Virus record (IMG/VR): IMGVR_UViG_3300043748_000039
Location: 7,899-71,898 of that record
Reading direction: 5' to 3' (one strand)
Length of the DNA stretch: 64,000 bases
DNA from: a virus
Taxonomy: Duplodnaviria > Caudoviricetes
Translations under genes and position numbers: made by a program
Part shown: one piece after another, positions 55,034-62,645 of the stretch
Layout of the letters: each line of letters begins with the position of its first letter
Numbering within the stretch: position 1 is the first letter of the stretch
Notes under the pieces: model-generated
What the model was told of the DNA's origin: nothing
Databases searched by the model: none
What the model saw: only the letters and a program-made list of their open reading frames with translations

Positions 55034-55519
55034 ATGTCCGAGCAGATACGACTGCTTCTGTGTAAGACCTGCGGCACGATGGAGACGCTGCCGGACTACG
55101 AGGGTGACCCGAGCCGGGACTTCCTCCTCGAAGCACTCGTCCAGAAGCACCCCGATCACGTCGCCCACCCGATGCTGCGCGTCGAGAAGAAGCACTGGGA
55201 CTCCCCGTCGACCCGCGAGGCGATCGTCGCCCAGATCCGCGAGAAGACAGGCCACACCGGCCTCGACCCGGCGTTCTACAACGCCAAGGACACGTTCCAG
55301 GAAGACGCCCACGCCTGCTGGGCCAAGCACCTGCGCAACCCCGGATGCAACGACTACAAGTCCGCATCCAAGCGGCTCACGCCGGACACGGCCGCCGAGC
55401 GCAAGGCGGCGGGCCTGCCCAAGTACCGCAGCGCGCAGGACCGTTACCTCTGCGAGTTCTGCCCGGTCCACTCCCTCGTGGTCCAGGCGGCCCGCGAGAA
55501 GGCCGGACTCTACAAGTAA
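55034..55519 (+). CDS. hypothetical Cys/His-rich (zinc-binding) protein
   Basis: 'CKTC...HPDH', 'CWAKH...C', 'CEFCPVH'. Confidence 0.75.
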   Translation: MSEQIRLLLCKTCGTMETLPDYEGDPSRDFLLEALVQKHPDHVAHPMLRVEKKHWDSPSTREAIVAQIREKTGHTGLDPAFYNAKDTFQEDAHACWAKHLRNPGCNDYKSASKRLTPDTAAERKAAGLPKYRSAQDRYLCEFCPVHSLVVQAAREKAGLYK

Positions 55520-55547
55520 CCCCCACCCGAACACATCTGGAGCACAC

Positions 55548-55934
55548 ATGCCTGACGTCCCGATCCTCGGCCAGACCAGCAGCACCCCGTCGCTTAATAC
55601 CGACGACCTCACCCCCGAGCAGCGCGAGGCCCTGGCCAAGATGGCCGAGGAGAACCCTCCCGCCGAGGACGAGGTCGGCACCTCCGTCACCACCGCGTTC
55701 CTCGTCGCCATCGGCCTGGACGGCGCGGTCGTCGCCACCTCCGACCTCACCCAGCAGTTCGTGCCCCGGCGCGGCGCCACCCCCGACGACATCTACGGAG
55801 CCTCCTCCGTCGTCCTGAAGGACCTCCAGGTCATGGAGACGGCCCAGAGGACCCAGCAGGCCATGATGATGATGGGCCAGGCCATGCAGCAGCAGGCCCA
55901 GGAAGCCGCCCTCCGTCAGCGCCTCAAACTCTGA
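55548..55934 (+). CDS. hypothetical protein
   Basis: ATG 55548 after GGAG; Q/M-rich C-terminal helix. Confidence 0.7.
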   Translation: MPDVPILGQTSSTPSLNTDDLTPEQREALAKMAEENPPAEDEVGTSVTTAFLVAIGLDGAVVATSDLTQQFVPRRGATPDDIYGASSVVLKDLQVMETAQRTQQAMMMMGQAMQQQAQEAALRQRLKL

Positions 55935-55947
55935 GAAATACCAACTA

Positions 55948-55986
55948 GAAAGCCCCCAGTCTCCATATCGGATTCTGGGGGCTTTC
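55948..55986 (+). terminator. stem-loop terminator
   Basis: GAAAGCCCCCAG (55948-59) / CTGGGGGCTTTC (55975-86). Confidence 0.7.
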
Positions 55987-56010
55987 GCTATTCCAGATAG
56001 AATCGAAACC

Positions 56011-57003
56011 ATGGCCGGATACGAGTTCTACCTCAATCGAGCAATCACCCAGGGAGCGCAGCCCGACATTCACACGGGCGCCTCGGGGTATTTCAGCACG
56101 CCCCAGGCAGGGCTCGACCCGCACATCTTCGACGGGGACCACATCAAGCCCGACGTACGGGACCACATCCTCGGCGTCCTTAATACCTACCTCGACGCCC
56201 ACTACCAGGGCGTACGCGCCTGGATGGCTGCCTGGCTGGCCGGATCCGGCATCTCTTTCCAGTGGGCCGGAGACCGAGGCAACGGGGACCTGGACGTCCT
56301 CTTCGGAATCGACTTCCCGAAGTTCTACGAGATGAACCCTACCTACCAGGGAATCTCCGAAGCCGAATTCGCCGACCTCATGAACACCGACCTCAAGAAG
56401 AACCTGTGGCCCCGCACCGCGACCACGGATTTCCACGGCCAGGTCTACGAGGTCACCTACTACCTGAACCCTGGCACCACGTCGCATTCCATTGCGGCCA
56501 TCAACCCGTACGCCGCCTACAACCTCACCGCCGATCGCTGGGACATCCGGCCGCCGTCCCTGCCCGCCGACCCGCGCAGCCTGTACCCGGCCGAGTGGTG
56601 GAAGGCCGTCGAGGACGAGAAGGCCCACGCGCGCCTGCTCGTCGACCGGTACAGCCACCTGCGCACCCAGGCCGCATCCGCCGCCCCCAACTCCCCGGCG
56701 TGGCAGAACTCCCTGACCTCCCAGAAGGTTGTCGTCGAGCAGGCCAAGGCCCTCTTCGACTCCATCCACCTCGGCCGCCGGGACGCCTTCGGGCCAGGAG
56801 GGTCCGGCTACGGCGACTACGCAAACTTCCGCTGGCAGGCACACAAGGAGTCCGGCACCGTCCAGGCCCTCAACACCCTCGCCACAGCGGACGTCGAGGC
56901 CAAGAAGGCGCAGGAGACCGACCTGTACGGGGCTCCGCTCGACTCCGCCGCCATGGCCCTGGCCAAGGCGGCTCTCTGGCAAACCCCCTACCGGAGGTCG
57001 TAA
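56011..57003 (+). CDS. DNA polymerase-beta-superfamily nucleotidyltransferase
   Basis: 'WLAGSGISFQW...GDLDVLFGID' gives the hGS...DxD signature; third acidic 'YEVTYY'. Confidence 0.75.
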   Translation: MAGYEFYLNRAITQGAQPDIHTGASGYFSTPQAGLDPHIFDGDHIKPDVRDHILGVLNTYLDAHYQGVRAWMAAWLAGSGISFQWAGDRGNGDLDVLFGIDFPKFYEMNPTYQGISEAEFADLMNTDLKKNLWPRTATTDFHGQVYEVTYYLNPGTTSHSIAAINPYAAYNLTADRWDIRPPSLPADPRSLYPAEWWKAVEDEKAHARLLVDRYSHLRTQAASAAPNSPAWQNSLTSQKVVVEQAKALFDSIHLGRRDAFGPGGSGYGDYANFRWQAHKESGTVQALNTLATADVEAKKAQETDLYGAPLDSAAMALAKAALWQTPYRRS

Positions 57004-57854
57004 TGGCCCTTCCCCAGCGCAAGCCCGCAGTCGCCGGGCCGCAGTTCGAGCAGACCGCACTGCCGGTACCGCTCGACACCAAGACATCCCCGCAGGCCAA
57101 GAAGCAGAACACCCTGCGCGCCAAGTACCACCTGACCAGAGACACCCCGCTGCATCTCCAGACGCACTACAAGCCCGGCGCGCTTAATATCTCGCATCCC
57201 GCTCCCCACCCGGGCGGGATGCACACCAAGGTGACCGCGATCGGCTCCCCGCGCGACCACGACCTCATACACGACGAGGAGCGCACCAACTACCCCCAGT
57301 CCGAGGGGCAGATGGTCATGGGCCCGCCGCACAACCCGCAGCAGTTCGGTCACCTGGACGGCCACGGCAACGTCGTCGACACGAAGATCAACGACCGGTG
57401 GTTCGAGAAGCACGGCCCGCAGATGAGCCACGGCAACGAGGCGTTCTGGAACAAGCACGCAAAGTTCCAGAGCATCTCGACCTCGGCCGTCCTGCACACC
57501 GGTCAGACCGCCTACGAGACCGGCAGTCACTCCTACATCACCGGCCCGCTCGCCCCCGACCACCCGCACGTGAAGGTGGTCGTCCAGGGCGGCACCTCGT
57601 ACGTGGCCGACGCGCACCACCGGCTCGCCGAAGCGCGCGGCCGGGGAGACACCCACGTCGGCGCCCACGTCCTGAATTTGGACCAGTTCAAGGCCGAGCA
57701 GCAGCCGAAGATCAAGAAGAAGACGCCCGCCGAGGACGTCGTCGAGCACCTGGTCAAGCACCACGGCTACAGCCCGAACATGAACGCCAAGCACGCCTTC
57801 GGCGAGCACGAGTCGCTGCACCGCTTCGGCCTGCACGAGCACGAGCACGGGTGA
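57003..57854 (+). CDS. His-rich protein with ParB/sulfiredoxin-like domain
   Basis: 283 aa, not in track; 'PHVKVVVQGGTSYVADAHHRLAEARGRG' resembles the ParB DGHHR motif. Confidence 0.65.
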   Translation: MALPQRKPAVAGPQFEQTALPVPLDTKTSPQAKKQNTLRAKYHLTRDTPLHLQTHYKPGALNISHPAPHPGGMHTKVTAIGSPRDHDLIHDEERTNYPQSEGQMVMGPPHNPQQFGHLDGHGNVVDTKINDRWFEKHGPQMSHGNEAFWNKHAKFQSISTSAVLHTGQTAYETGSHSYITGPLAPDHPHVKVVVQGGTSYVADAHHRLAEARGRGDTHVGAHVLNLDQFKAEQQPKIKKKTPAEDVVEHLVKHHGYSPNMNAKHAFGEHESLHRFGLHEHEHG

Positions 57855-57860
57855 TCGGCC

Positions 57861-58355
57861 ATGACTGCAACCGTCGCCATCGTCGTCGAAGGCGTGCTAG
57901 CCCGCGACGTCGGTGAAGCCGTCATCCACCAGGGCCAGCGCCTGTACTGGGGCCTGATGGAGACCTACAAGGTCGCCCTCATCAGCGACCGCGAGGACGT
58001 TGAGCCGGTCCAGTACTGGCTGAAGGTCAACGGCTTCAACAAGCACCCCTACCTGATCCCGGCCAGCCACCTGGATCCCGAGGACCCCGCAGAGCGCCGC
58101 ATGCGGCAGATTGCCCGGCTCCGGCAGGCCGGATGCAACGTCGAGCTGCTGATCGAGCCCAATCCCCAGATCGCCGCGTACGTCATGGCCAACGGGGTCG
58201 GAGTCCTCAACTACCTGCACCCCAACTACTCCTCCCCGCGCCACCGGCCGGACTACCGCGACACCGTAACGCCCTGGTCCGAACTGGTCGGCGAAGTGGA
58301 GAGGCAACGAGCACTACGCGAAGAAGACCCGCGCCCACACATGGAGATCCTGTGA
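57861..58355 (+). CDS. HAD-fold-like protein (degenerate motif I)
   Basis: 'VAIVVEGVLA' versus canonical 'hhhDxDGVL'; 'VALISD'; 'LLIEPNP'. Confidence 0.55.
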   Translation: MTATVAIVVEGVLARDVGEAVIHQGQRLYWGLMETYKVALISDREDVEPVQYWLKVNGFNKHPYLIPASHLDPEDPAERRMRQIARLRQAGCNVELLIEPNPQIAAYVMANGVGVLNYLHPNYSSPRHRPDYRDTVTPWSELVGEVERQRALREEDPRPHMEIL

Positions 58356-58642
58356 CCGTCGCCCTGGTGATCACCATCATCCGCATGCTCAACGCCCTCG
58401 TCGGCGCAGCACTCGCGGCCCTGCTCCTGCGGGCCACCCTTCCCGTCTGGCGCCAGCTCGGCGCCGCAGAGAAGTGGCTGGCCGCCGCGCTGTTCATCTA
58501 CAGCGCCAACGTCGCAGTCTTCTGCGCTCTCTTCTGGACCTCGCCCACCTCCGGCCGGTCCTGGATCAACGTCGGCTTCCTGATCAGCCTCGCCGCCGCG
58601 CACCGCTACCTCTACTTCGTCCGAAGGGACCCACGACCATGA
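58352..58642 (+). CDS. membrane protein (3 TM)
   Basis: GTG 58352; three hydrophobic segments. Confidence 0.65.
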   Translation: MTVALVITIIRMLNALVGAALAALLLRATLPVWRQLGAAEKWLAAALFIYSANVAVFCALFWTSPTSGRSWINVGFLISLAAAHRYLYFVRRDPRP

Positions 58643-59310
58643 GCGTCAAGGGCATCAACGAGATCACCAGCAGATTCAAGGAGCGCTGGCTCTCCCCGCT
58701 CCAGTTCCCCGGCTCGCACCGCTCCGTCGAACAGCGGCTGACCGACCTGGAGAGCGGCAAGAGCGGCCAGAAGCCCTCCAGCCCGCGCGCCAAGACCCGC
58801 GTCAAGGGACAGAAGAGTCAGGCGCCCGCCCCGCAGGCGTCCCCGGCCGTCCGCGAGGAGGTCAAGCGGGTCGGGGAAGACCACGCCTCGGACTCCTACG
58901 CCTGGCACGCCGAGCACTCCGGCGCGGCCTCCGACCTCCTGCACACCTTCAACCAGCGCATGGACTCGATCCAGGCGCAGAAGAAGCCGTCGCAGTCCGG
59001 CGGCTGGGCCGCGTACAACGACACCTTCGGCTCGGGCGCCAAGTCGACGGCCAGCCCGGCCGCTCCGGCGGCTGCCCCGCTTAATACCCCGGCCGCCCCG
59101 GCGGCCCCGAAGCCGCAGCGAGTCACCCAGCCGGGCCTGTTCGGCCCGAGCCAGGTCACCCCGGTCCGCTCCCCGCAGCAGTTCGGCCTGGCCGCGAAGT
59201 CCAAGCCGCTTAATACCCAGGCCGCCCCGGGCGGTCCGTCGGCGCCGAGGAAGCCCCGCGTGACCCAGCCCGGCCTCTTCCCGAAGAGCGCCGTCAAGCC
59301 CCCGCAGTAA
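58639..59310 (+). CDS. low-complexity P/A/K-rich protein with internal repeat
   Basis: ATG 58639; two 'PLNT...P.RVTQPGLF' units. Confidence 0.7.
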   Translation: MSVKGINEITSRFKERWLSPLQFPGSHRSVEQRLTDLESGKSGQKPSSPRAKTRVKGQKSQAPAPQASPAVREEVKRVGEDHASDSYAWHAEHSGAASDLLHTFNQRMDSIQAQKKPSQSGGWAAYNDTFGSGAKSTASPAAPAAAPLNTPAAPAAPKPQRVTQPGLFGPSQVTPVRSPQQFGLAAKSKPLNTQAAPGGPSAPRKPRVTQPGLFPKSAVKPPQ

Positions 59311-59336
59311 CCAACCCCGATTCGGAGAAACAACCC

Positions 59337-60875
59337 GTGGAACTGTACTTCGGCGGATCCGAGATTCCCGGCTGGCGCAAGATGCTGGCCGAGGAAGGCG
59401 TCGAGACCGTCTCCCTGTCGTACATGGGCCTGCGGCGCCGGACGAAGTTCGCCCGGCCCTGGCTCATCGCCGACCACTACCTGGAGGGCCAGAAGGTCTT
59501 CCTGGACAGCGGTGCCTACACCGTGAACAAGGCCGACGACGACAAATACTCGATCGGCGAACTCAAGGAGATCGCCGCGCACTACGAGGCATTCGTCCAG
59601 CAGAACATCGACTCCCTTAATATGGTGTCCGAGTTCGACGCGGTCGTTCTCGGACGGGAATGGATAGAGGCCCGGCGCGAGGATTTCTGGGAGGATCTGC
59701 CGGAGGACAAGTTCCTTCCCATCTGGCACGCGGAATGGGGCGTCGAAGAACTCGACCGCCTCGCTCAGCGCTATAAGCGCGTCGGAGTAACGCAAACGGA
59801 TCTGGACGGACGGAATCTCGCCCCCGTCCTCAACGACATCACCCGGAAATATGGAACGCTGCTCCACGGCGTCGCAATGACGAAGCCAGCGGAAATGGCA
59901 GCGGTGAACTGGGATTCCGTCGCGTCCACCTCCTGGCTTTCCCCGTCCCAGTACGGCGACACCATCGTCTGGACCGGCCGGGAATTGAAGCGGTACCCGA
60001 AGAAATACAAGGACCAGGCCCGAAAGAGACACCGCACCCTTTTCCAGGAAGCAGGCTTCGATCCGGACAAGATCGAGGACGGTGACAACAACGAGGTCCT
60101 GCGCTTCACCATCTGGTCGTGGCAGCAACTGGCCGCCTCCATCGAGCAGCACCGTGCGCCTGACGTCGTTGCAGTTACTACTTCCGCTTCAGGGGTACTC
60201 TCCGCTTTCTCTCAAATGCAGGGGGGCACAGTTGATACGGCGACCGGAGAAATGGTCAACGGCGTAGCAACTCCCACCCCCCGCAAGGAGCGGGCACGTA
60301 CCAACTTGCCGGTCATCGGCCTGGTGCAGGAGAAGGAGGTCTACACCGACCCGGACGACGGCGTGAACAAGGAGCGCGAGGTCCCGCTGGTGACCGTCCG
60401 CTCGCAGTCCATGCGCGTCTGCGCGACCTGCTTCCTGGCCCAGAAGTGCCCGGCCTTCGACAAGGACGCCAACTGCGCCTACGACATTCCGGTCGAAGTG
60501 AAGAGCAAGCAGCAGATGGCCGCACTCCAGAATTCCCTCATCGAGATGCAGGCGCAGCGGGTCCTCTTCATGAAGATGGTGGAGGACATGACCGGTGGTT
60601 ACGCGGATCCGAACCTCTCCGGCGAGATCGACCGTCTCCAGAAACTGGTGAAGGTGAAGACCGAACTGGAGCAGGACTCGTTCTCCGTGAAACTGGAGGC
60701 GAAGGGGAACGGCGCCCAGGCCGGGATGATCAGCCGTCTGTTCGGAAAGGACGCGGGCGAGCAGATGACCGCCCTAGACAACCCCATCTCGGCGGACCGG
60801 ATGATCGAGTCGGGCAGCGGATTCATCGACGCGGAAATCGTCGATGTACCAACTTTCTACAACCAGGAAGGCTAG
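59337..60875 (+). CDS. TGT/DpdA-fold (tRNA-guanine transglycosylase-like) protein with C-terminal Cys4 domain
   Basis: 'SLSY', 'VFLDSGAYT', 'FLPIWH', 'LHGVAMT', 'DSVASTSW' follow the phage DpdA/TGT motif order; C-terminal 'CATC...C...C'. Confidence 0.72.
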   Translation: MELYFGGSEIPGWRKMLAEEGVETVSLSYMGLRRRTKFARPWLIADHYLEGQKVFLDSGAYTVNKADDDKYSIGELKEIAAHYEAFVQQNIDSLNMVSEFDAVVLGREWIEARREDFWEDLPEDKFLPIWHAEWGVEELDRLAQRYKRVGVTQTDLDGRNLAPVLNDITRKYGTLLHGVAMTKPAEMAAVNWDSVASTSWLSPSQYGDTIVWTGRELKRYPKKYKDQARKRHRTLFQEAGFDPDKIEDGDNNEVLRFTIWSWQQLAASIEQHRAPDVVAVTTSASGVLSAFSQMQGGTVDTATGEMVNGVATPTPRKERARTNLPVIGLVQEKEVYTDPDDGVNKEREVPLVTVRSQSMRVCATCFLAQKCPAFDKDANCAYDIPVEVKSKQQMAALQNSLIEMQAQRVLFMKMVEDMTGGYADPNLSGEIDRLQKLVKVKTELEQDSFSVKLEAKGNGAQAGMISRLFGKDAGEQMTALDNPISADRMIESGSGFIDAEIVDVPTFYNQEG

Positions 60876-60887
60876 TTAGTACTTCTC

Positions 60888-61037
60888 ATGAGCGCGCACG
60901 TGCATGCAGTGTCTTTCGCCGACAACGACGAGGACGCAGCAGAAGAGGTCGAGTGCAAGCGGTGCTACGGCACCGGGGAGGACCGCGACGGAGCGGACTG
61001 TGTCCCCTGCGAGGGCTACGGTACGGTGCTGGTATGA
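60888..61037 (+). CDS. 49-aa DnaJ-type zinc-finger protein
   Basis: CKRCYGTG and CVPCEGYG (two CxxCxGxG); TGA overlaps next ATG. Confidence 0.65.
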   Translation: MSAHVHAVSFADNDEDAAEEVECKRCYGTGEDRDGADCVPCEGYGTVLV

Positions 61038-61417
61038 ACAGATTCCGCCATCTCAAGGCCACCCTCATCGCAATCGGAATTCTCGCGGTTCCCGCGATCG
61101 GAATTTCCGTGATCCCCGAGCAGAATTCCCCTTCCCTTAATACCTCGGAATCCCAGTCGGATTCCTCCAGAACCGAAGGGGATTCCAACCCCTGGCCCGT
61201 CCCCACGGTTACCCGCTACGTGGAGCTGCCCTCGCGGCAGAATTCGGGCACGTGCAAGGTGCACATCGTGGTCGGGCCCTCGCCCGTAGTGCCTGCGCCC
61301 ACTTCCACGGATACGCCGTACGCGCCCGTATACGGGCTCGCGCACACGCATTCCGTGCAGGTCAAGATTCCGTGCCCCAAGGAAACGGTCACGGAAACGC
61401 CAACTCCTACCAAGTAG
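61034..61417 (+). CDS. secreted/membrane-anchored P/T/S-rich protein
   Basis: ATG 61034; signal/TM 'ATLIAIGILAVPAIGI'. Confidence 0.55.
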   Translation: MNRFRHLKATLIAIGILAVPAIGISVIPEQNSPSLNTSESQSDSSRTEGDSNPWPVPTVTRYVELPSRQNSGTCKVHIVVGPSPVVPAPTSTDTPYAPVYGLAHTHSVQVKIPCPKETVTETPTPTK

Positions 61418-61438
61418 TTCCCAGCCCGGTCAAGCCCT

Positions 61439-61530
61439 GAAAGCCGTGAGCCGCATGTGACGCAGCTCACGGCTTTCGCCGTTACGTCTTCAGAATTACG
61501 GCTTGACGATTACGGCTTTCGGAGTAGTGT
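61439..61530 (+). promoter_or_regulatory. 13-bp inverted repeat, 14-bp-period array and sigma70-like promoter
   Basis: GAAAGCCGTGAGC / GCTCACGGCTTTC (61439-51 / 61465-77); TTACG at 61482, 61496, 61510; TTGACG (61503-08)-N16-TAGTGT (61525-30). Confidence 0.7.
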
Positions 61531-61572
61531 TCTCCATGCCAACACCAACCGGCCCCGAAACAGGAGGACCCC

Positions 61573-61929
61573 ATGGCCCGCGACACCAGCGTCCGCGACT
61601 ACCTCGCCCTGGAGACCAAGTACGCCGAGGTGTTCAACCTCGTCGGCCAGGGCGAGGACCTGAACATCGACGACCTGCGCCGCGCCCTCGACGACATCTA
61701 CAACGCGGGCCGCGACAAGGGCCGCCCCGTCGTCGGCACCAACGGGCGCACGGCCCAGTTGGAGATCAACGACCTCGCCATCCGGCTGGAGGACGGCGGC
61801 CTGTCCGAGCGCAGCGCCCGCCGCGAGGCCGAGCGCATCGGCGCCGTGATCCGCTCCGAGGGCTTCAGGCACGGTCTCGCCGAGGCCAAGCGCAAGGTCC
61901 TCGCCGCCCTCACCGGCCAGGAGGCGTGA
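61573..61929 (+). CDS. hypothetical protein
   Basis: 118 aa, RBS AGGAGG. Confidence 0.75.
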   Translation: MARDTSVRDYLALETKYAEVFNLVGQGEDLNIDDLRRALDDIYNAGRDKGRPVVGTNGRTAQLEINDLAIRLEDGGLSERSARREAERIGAVIRSEGFRHGLAEAKRKVLAALTGQEA

Positions 61930-61931
61930 GC

Positions 61932-62441
61932 ATGCGCGACAACCAGAAGACCAAGGTCTACAAGGCCGAAGACCTCGTCATGGACGTGCTCAACCGCGCA
62001 GCCCGGACCGAGGCCCGAACCTTCGACTTCTACGGCTCCCACCTGGTCCTGCCCGACGAGCGCAAGTTCGGCGACATCGACGGCGTTCAGCGCTACGTCG
62101 ACCAGGTGCTCGACCTGAACTGGGTGCGCACCACCTGGCCCACCCTCGCCATCCAGCCGGTCAAGGTCCGCGCCCGCCGGGGAGACGCCCAGGCCCACTA
62201 CCAGTTCGGAGTCATCTCTGTGCCCGCCCACAAGCAGGGCATCTCCTGGGCCATGCGCGAGATGGTCGTCCTTCACGAGCTGGCCCACCACTTCGCCCGG
62301 GGCGGGGAGTCCCACGGCGTGCAGTTCGTCTCCGTCTACCTGCACCTGGTCAAGGAGCTGGTCGGCGACGAGGTCGGCCTGCTGCTCACGGACGCCTTCG
62401 CCCAGCACGGCGTCGCCTTCGGCGCCCTCGTCGCAGCCTGA
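61932..62441 (+). CDS. HEXXH metallopeptidase-like protein (Rv0185/SprT-like)
   Basis: 'NQKTKVYKAE', 'VRARRGDAQAHY', 'REMVVLHELAHH', 'HG..F'. Confidence 0.8.
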   Translation: MRDNQKTKVYKAEDLVMDVLNRAARTEARTFDFYGSHLVLPDERKFGDIDGVQRYVDQVLDLNWVRTTWPTLAIQPVKVRARRGDAQAHYQFGVISVPAHKQGISWAMREMVVLHELAHHFARGGESHGVQFVSVYLHLVKELVGDEVGLLLTDAFAQHGVAFGALVAA

Positions 62442-62450
62442 GAGGCCACC

Positions 62451-62645
62451 ATGAACCTGCTCGCCTTCCGCGCCCTGCTGTTCAAGCTGCTCAACGGCCG
62501 AACCAAGCTGCCGGAGATCCACGACATCCTCAGCGTCGCCTACCTCAACCCCGAGAGCACCGGACCTTGGTCCCTGCTTGTCGAGGTGGACAACTTGGGT
62601 GAGCGGCGCTCCTACCGCATCGACATCACGGAGCAGCAGCGGTGA
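62451..62645 (+). CDS. hypothetical protein
   Basis: 64 aa, RBS GAGG. Confidence 0.6.
   Translation: MNLLAFRALLFKLLNGRTKLPEIHDILSVAYLNPESTGPWSLLVEVDNLGERRSYRIDITEQQR

Larger units (their letters stand above)
2178..61144 (+). repeat. dispersed, strand-polarised motif CTTAATACC (30 exact + 4 CTTAATAT variants)
   Basis: Exact copies start at 2178, 5509, 6750, 8019, 10120, 11711, 15592, 18412, 27317, 31292, 34252, 37600, 38352, 39390, 41379, 41942, 43126, 44061, 45237, 45681, 47950, 49753, 53178, 53205, 54540, 55593, 56179, 59080, 59209, 61136. CTTAATAT at 28973, 29383, 57183, 59616. No GTATTAAG seen on the + strand. Confidence 0.92.

Noticed and set aside
8787-56010. Possible late-promoter consensus (NAGAAT-like hexamers at ~8825, ~21162, ~50293, ~55997)
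   Set aside because: Too short and degenerate to support by eye; needs TSS data.
2178-61144. TAATAC resembles the start of the T7 promoter (TAATACGACTCACTATAG)
   Set aside because: Only 6 nt match, the following bases are C(G/A)AGG, no single-subunit RNA polymerase is seen, and sites are intragenic. Engineered or vector origin is unsupported.
2178-61144. LNT as a protein-level motif explaining the repeat
   Set aside because: Other LNT peptides use CTC-AAC-ACC, and the motif also appears as LNI and LNM, so the conservation is nucleotide-level.
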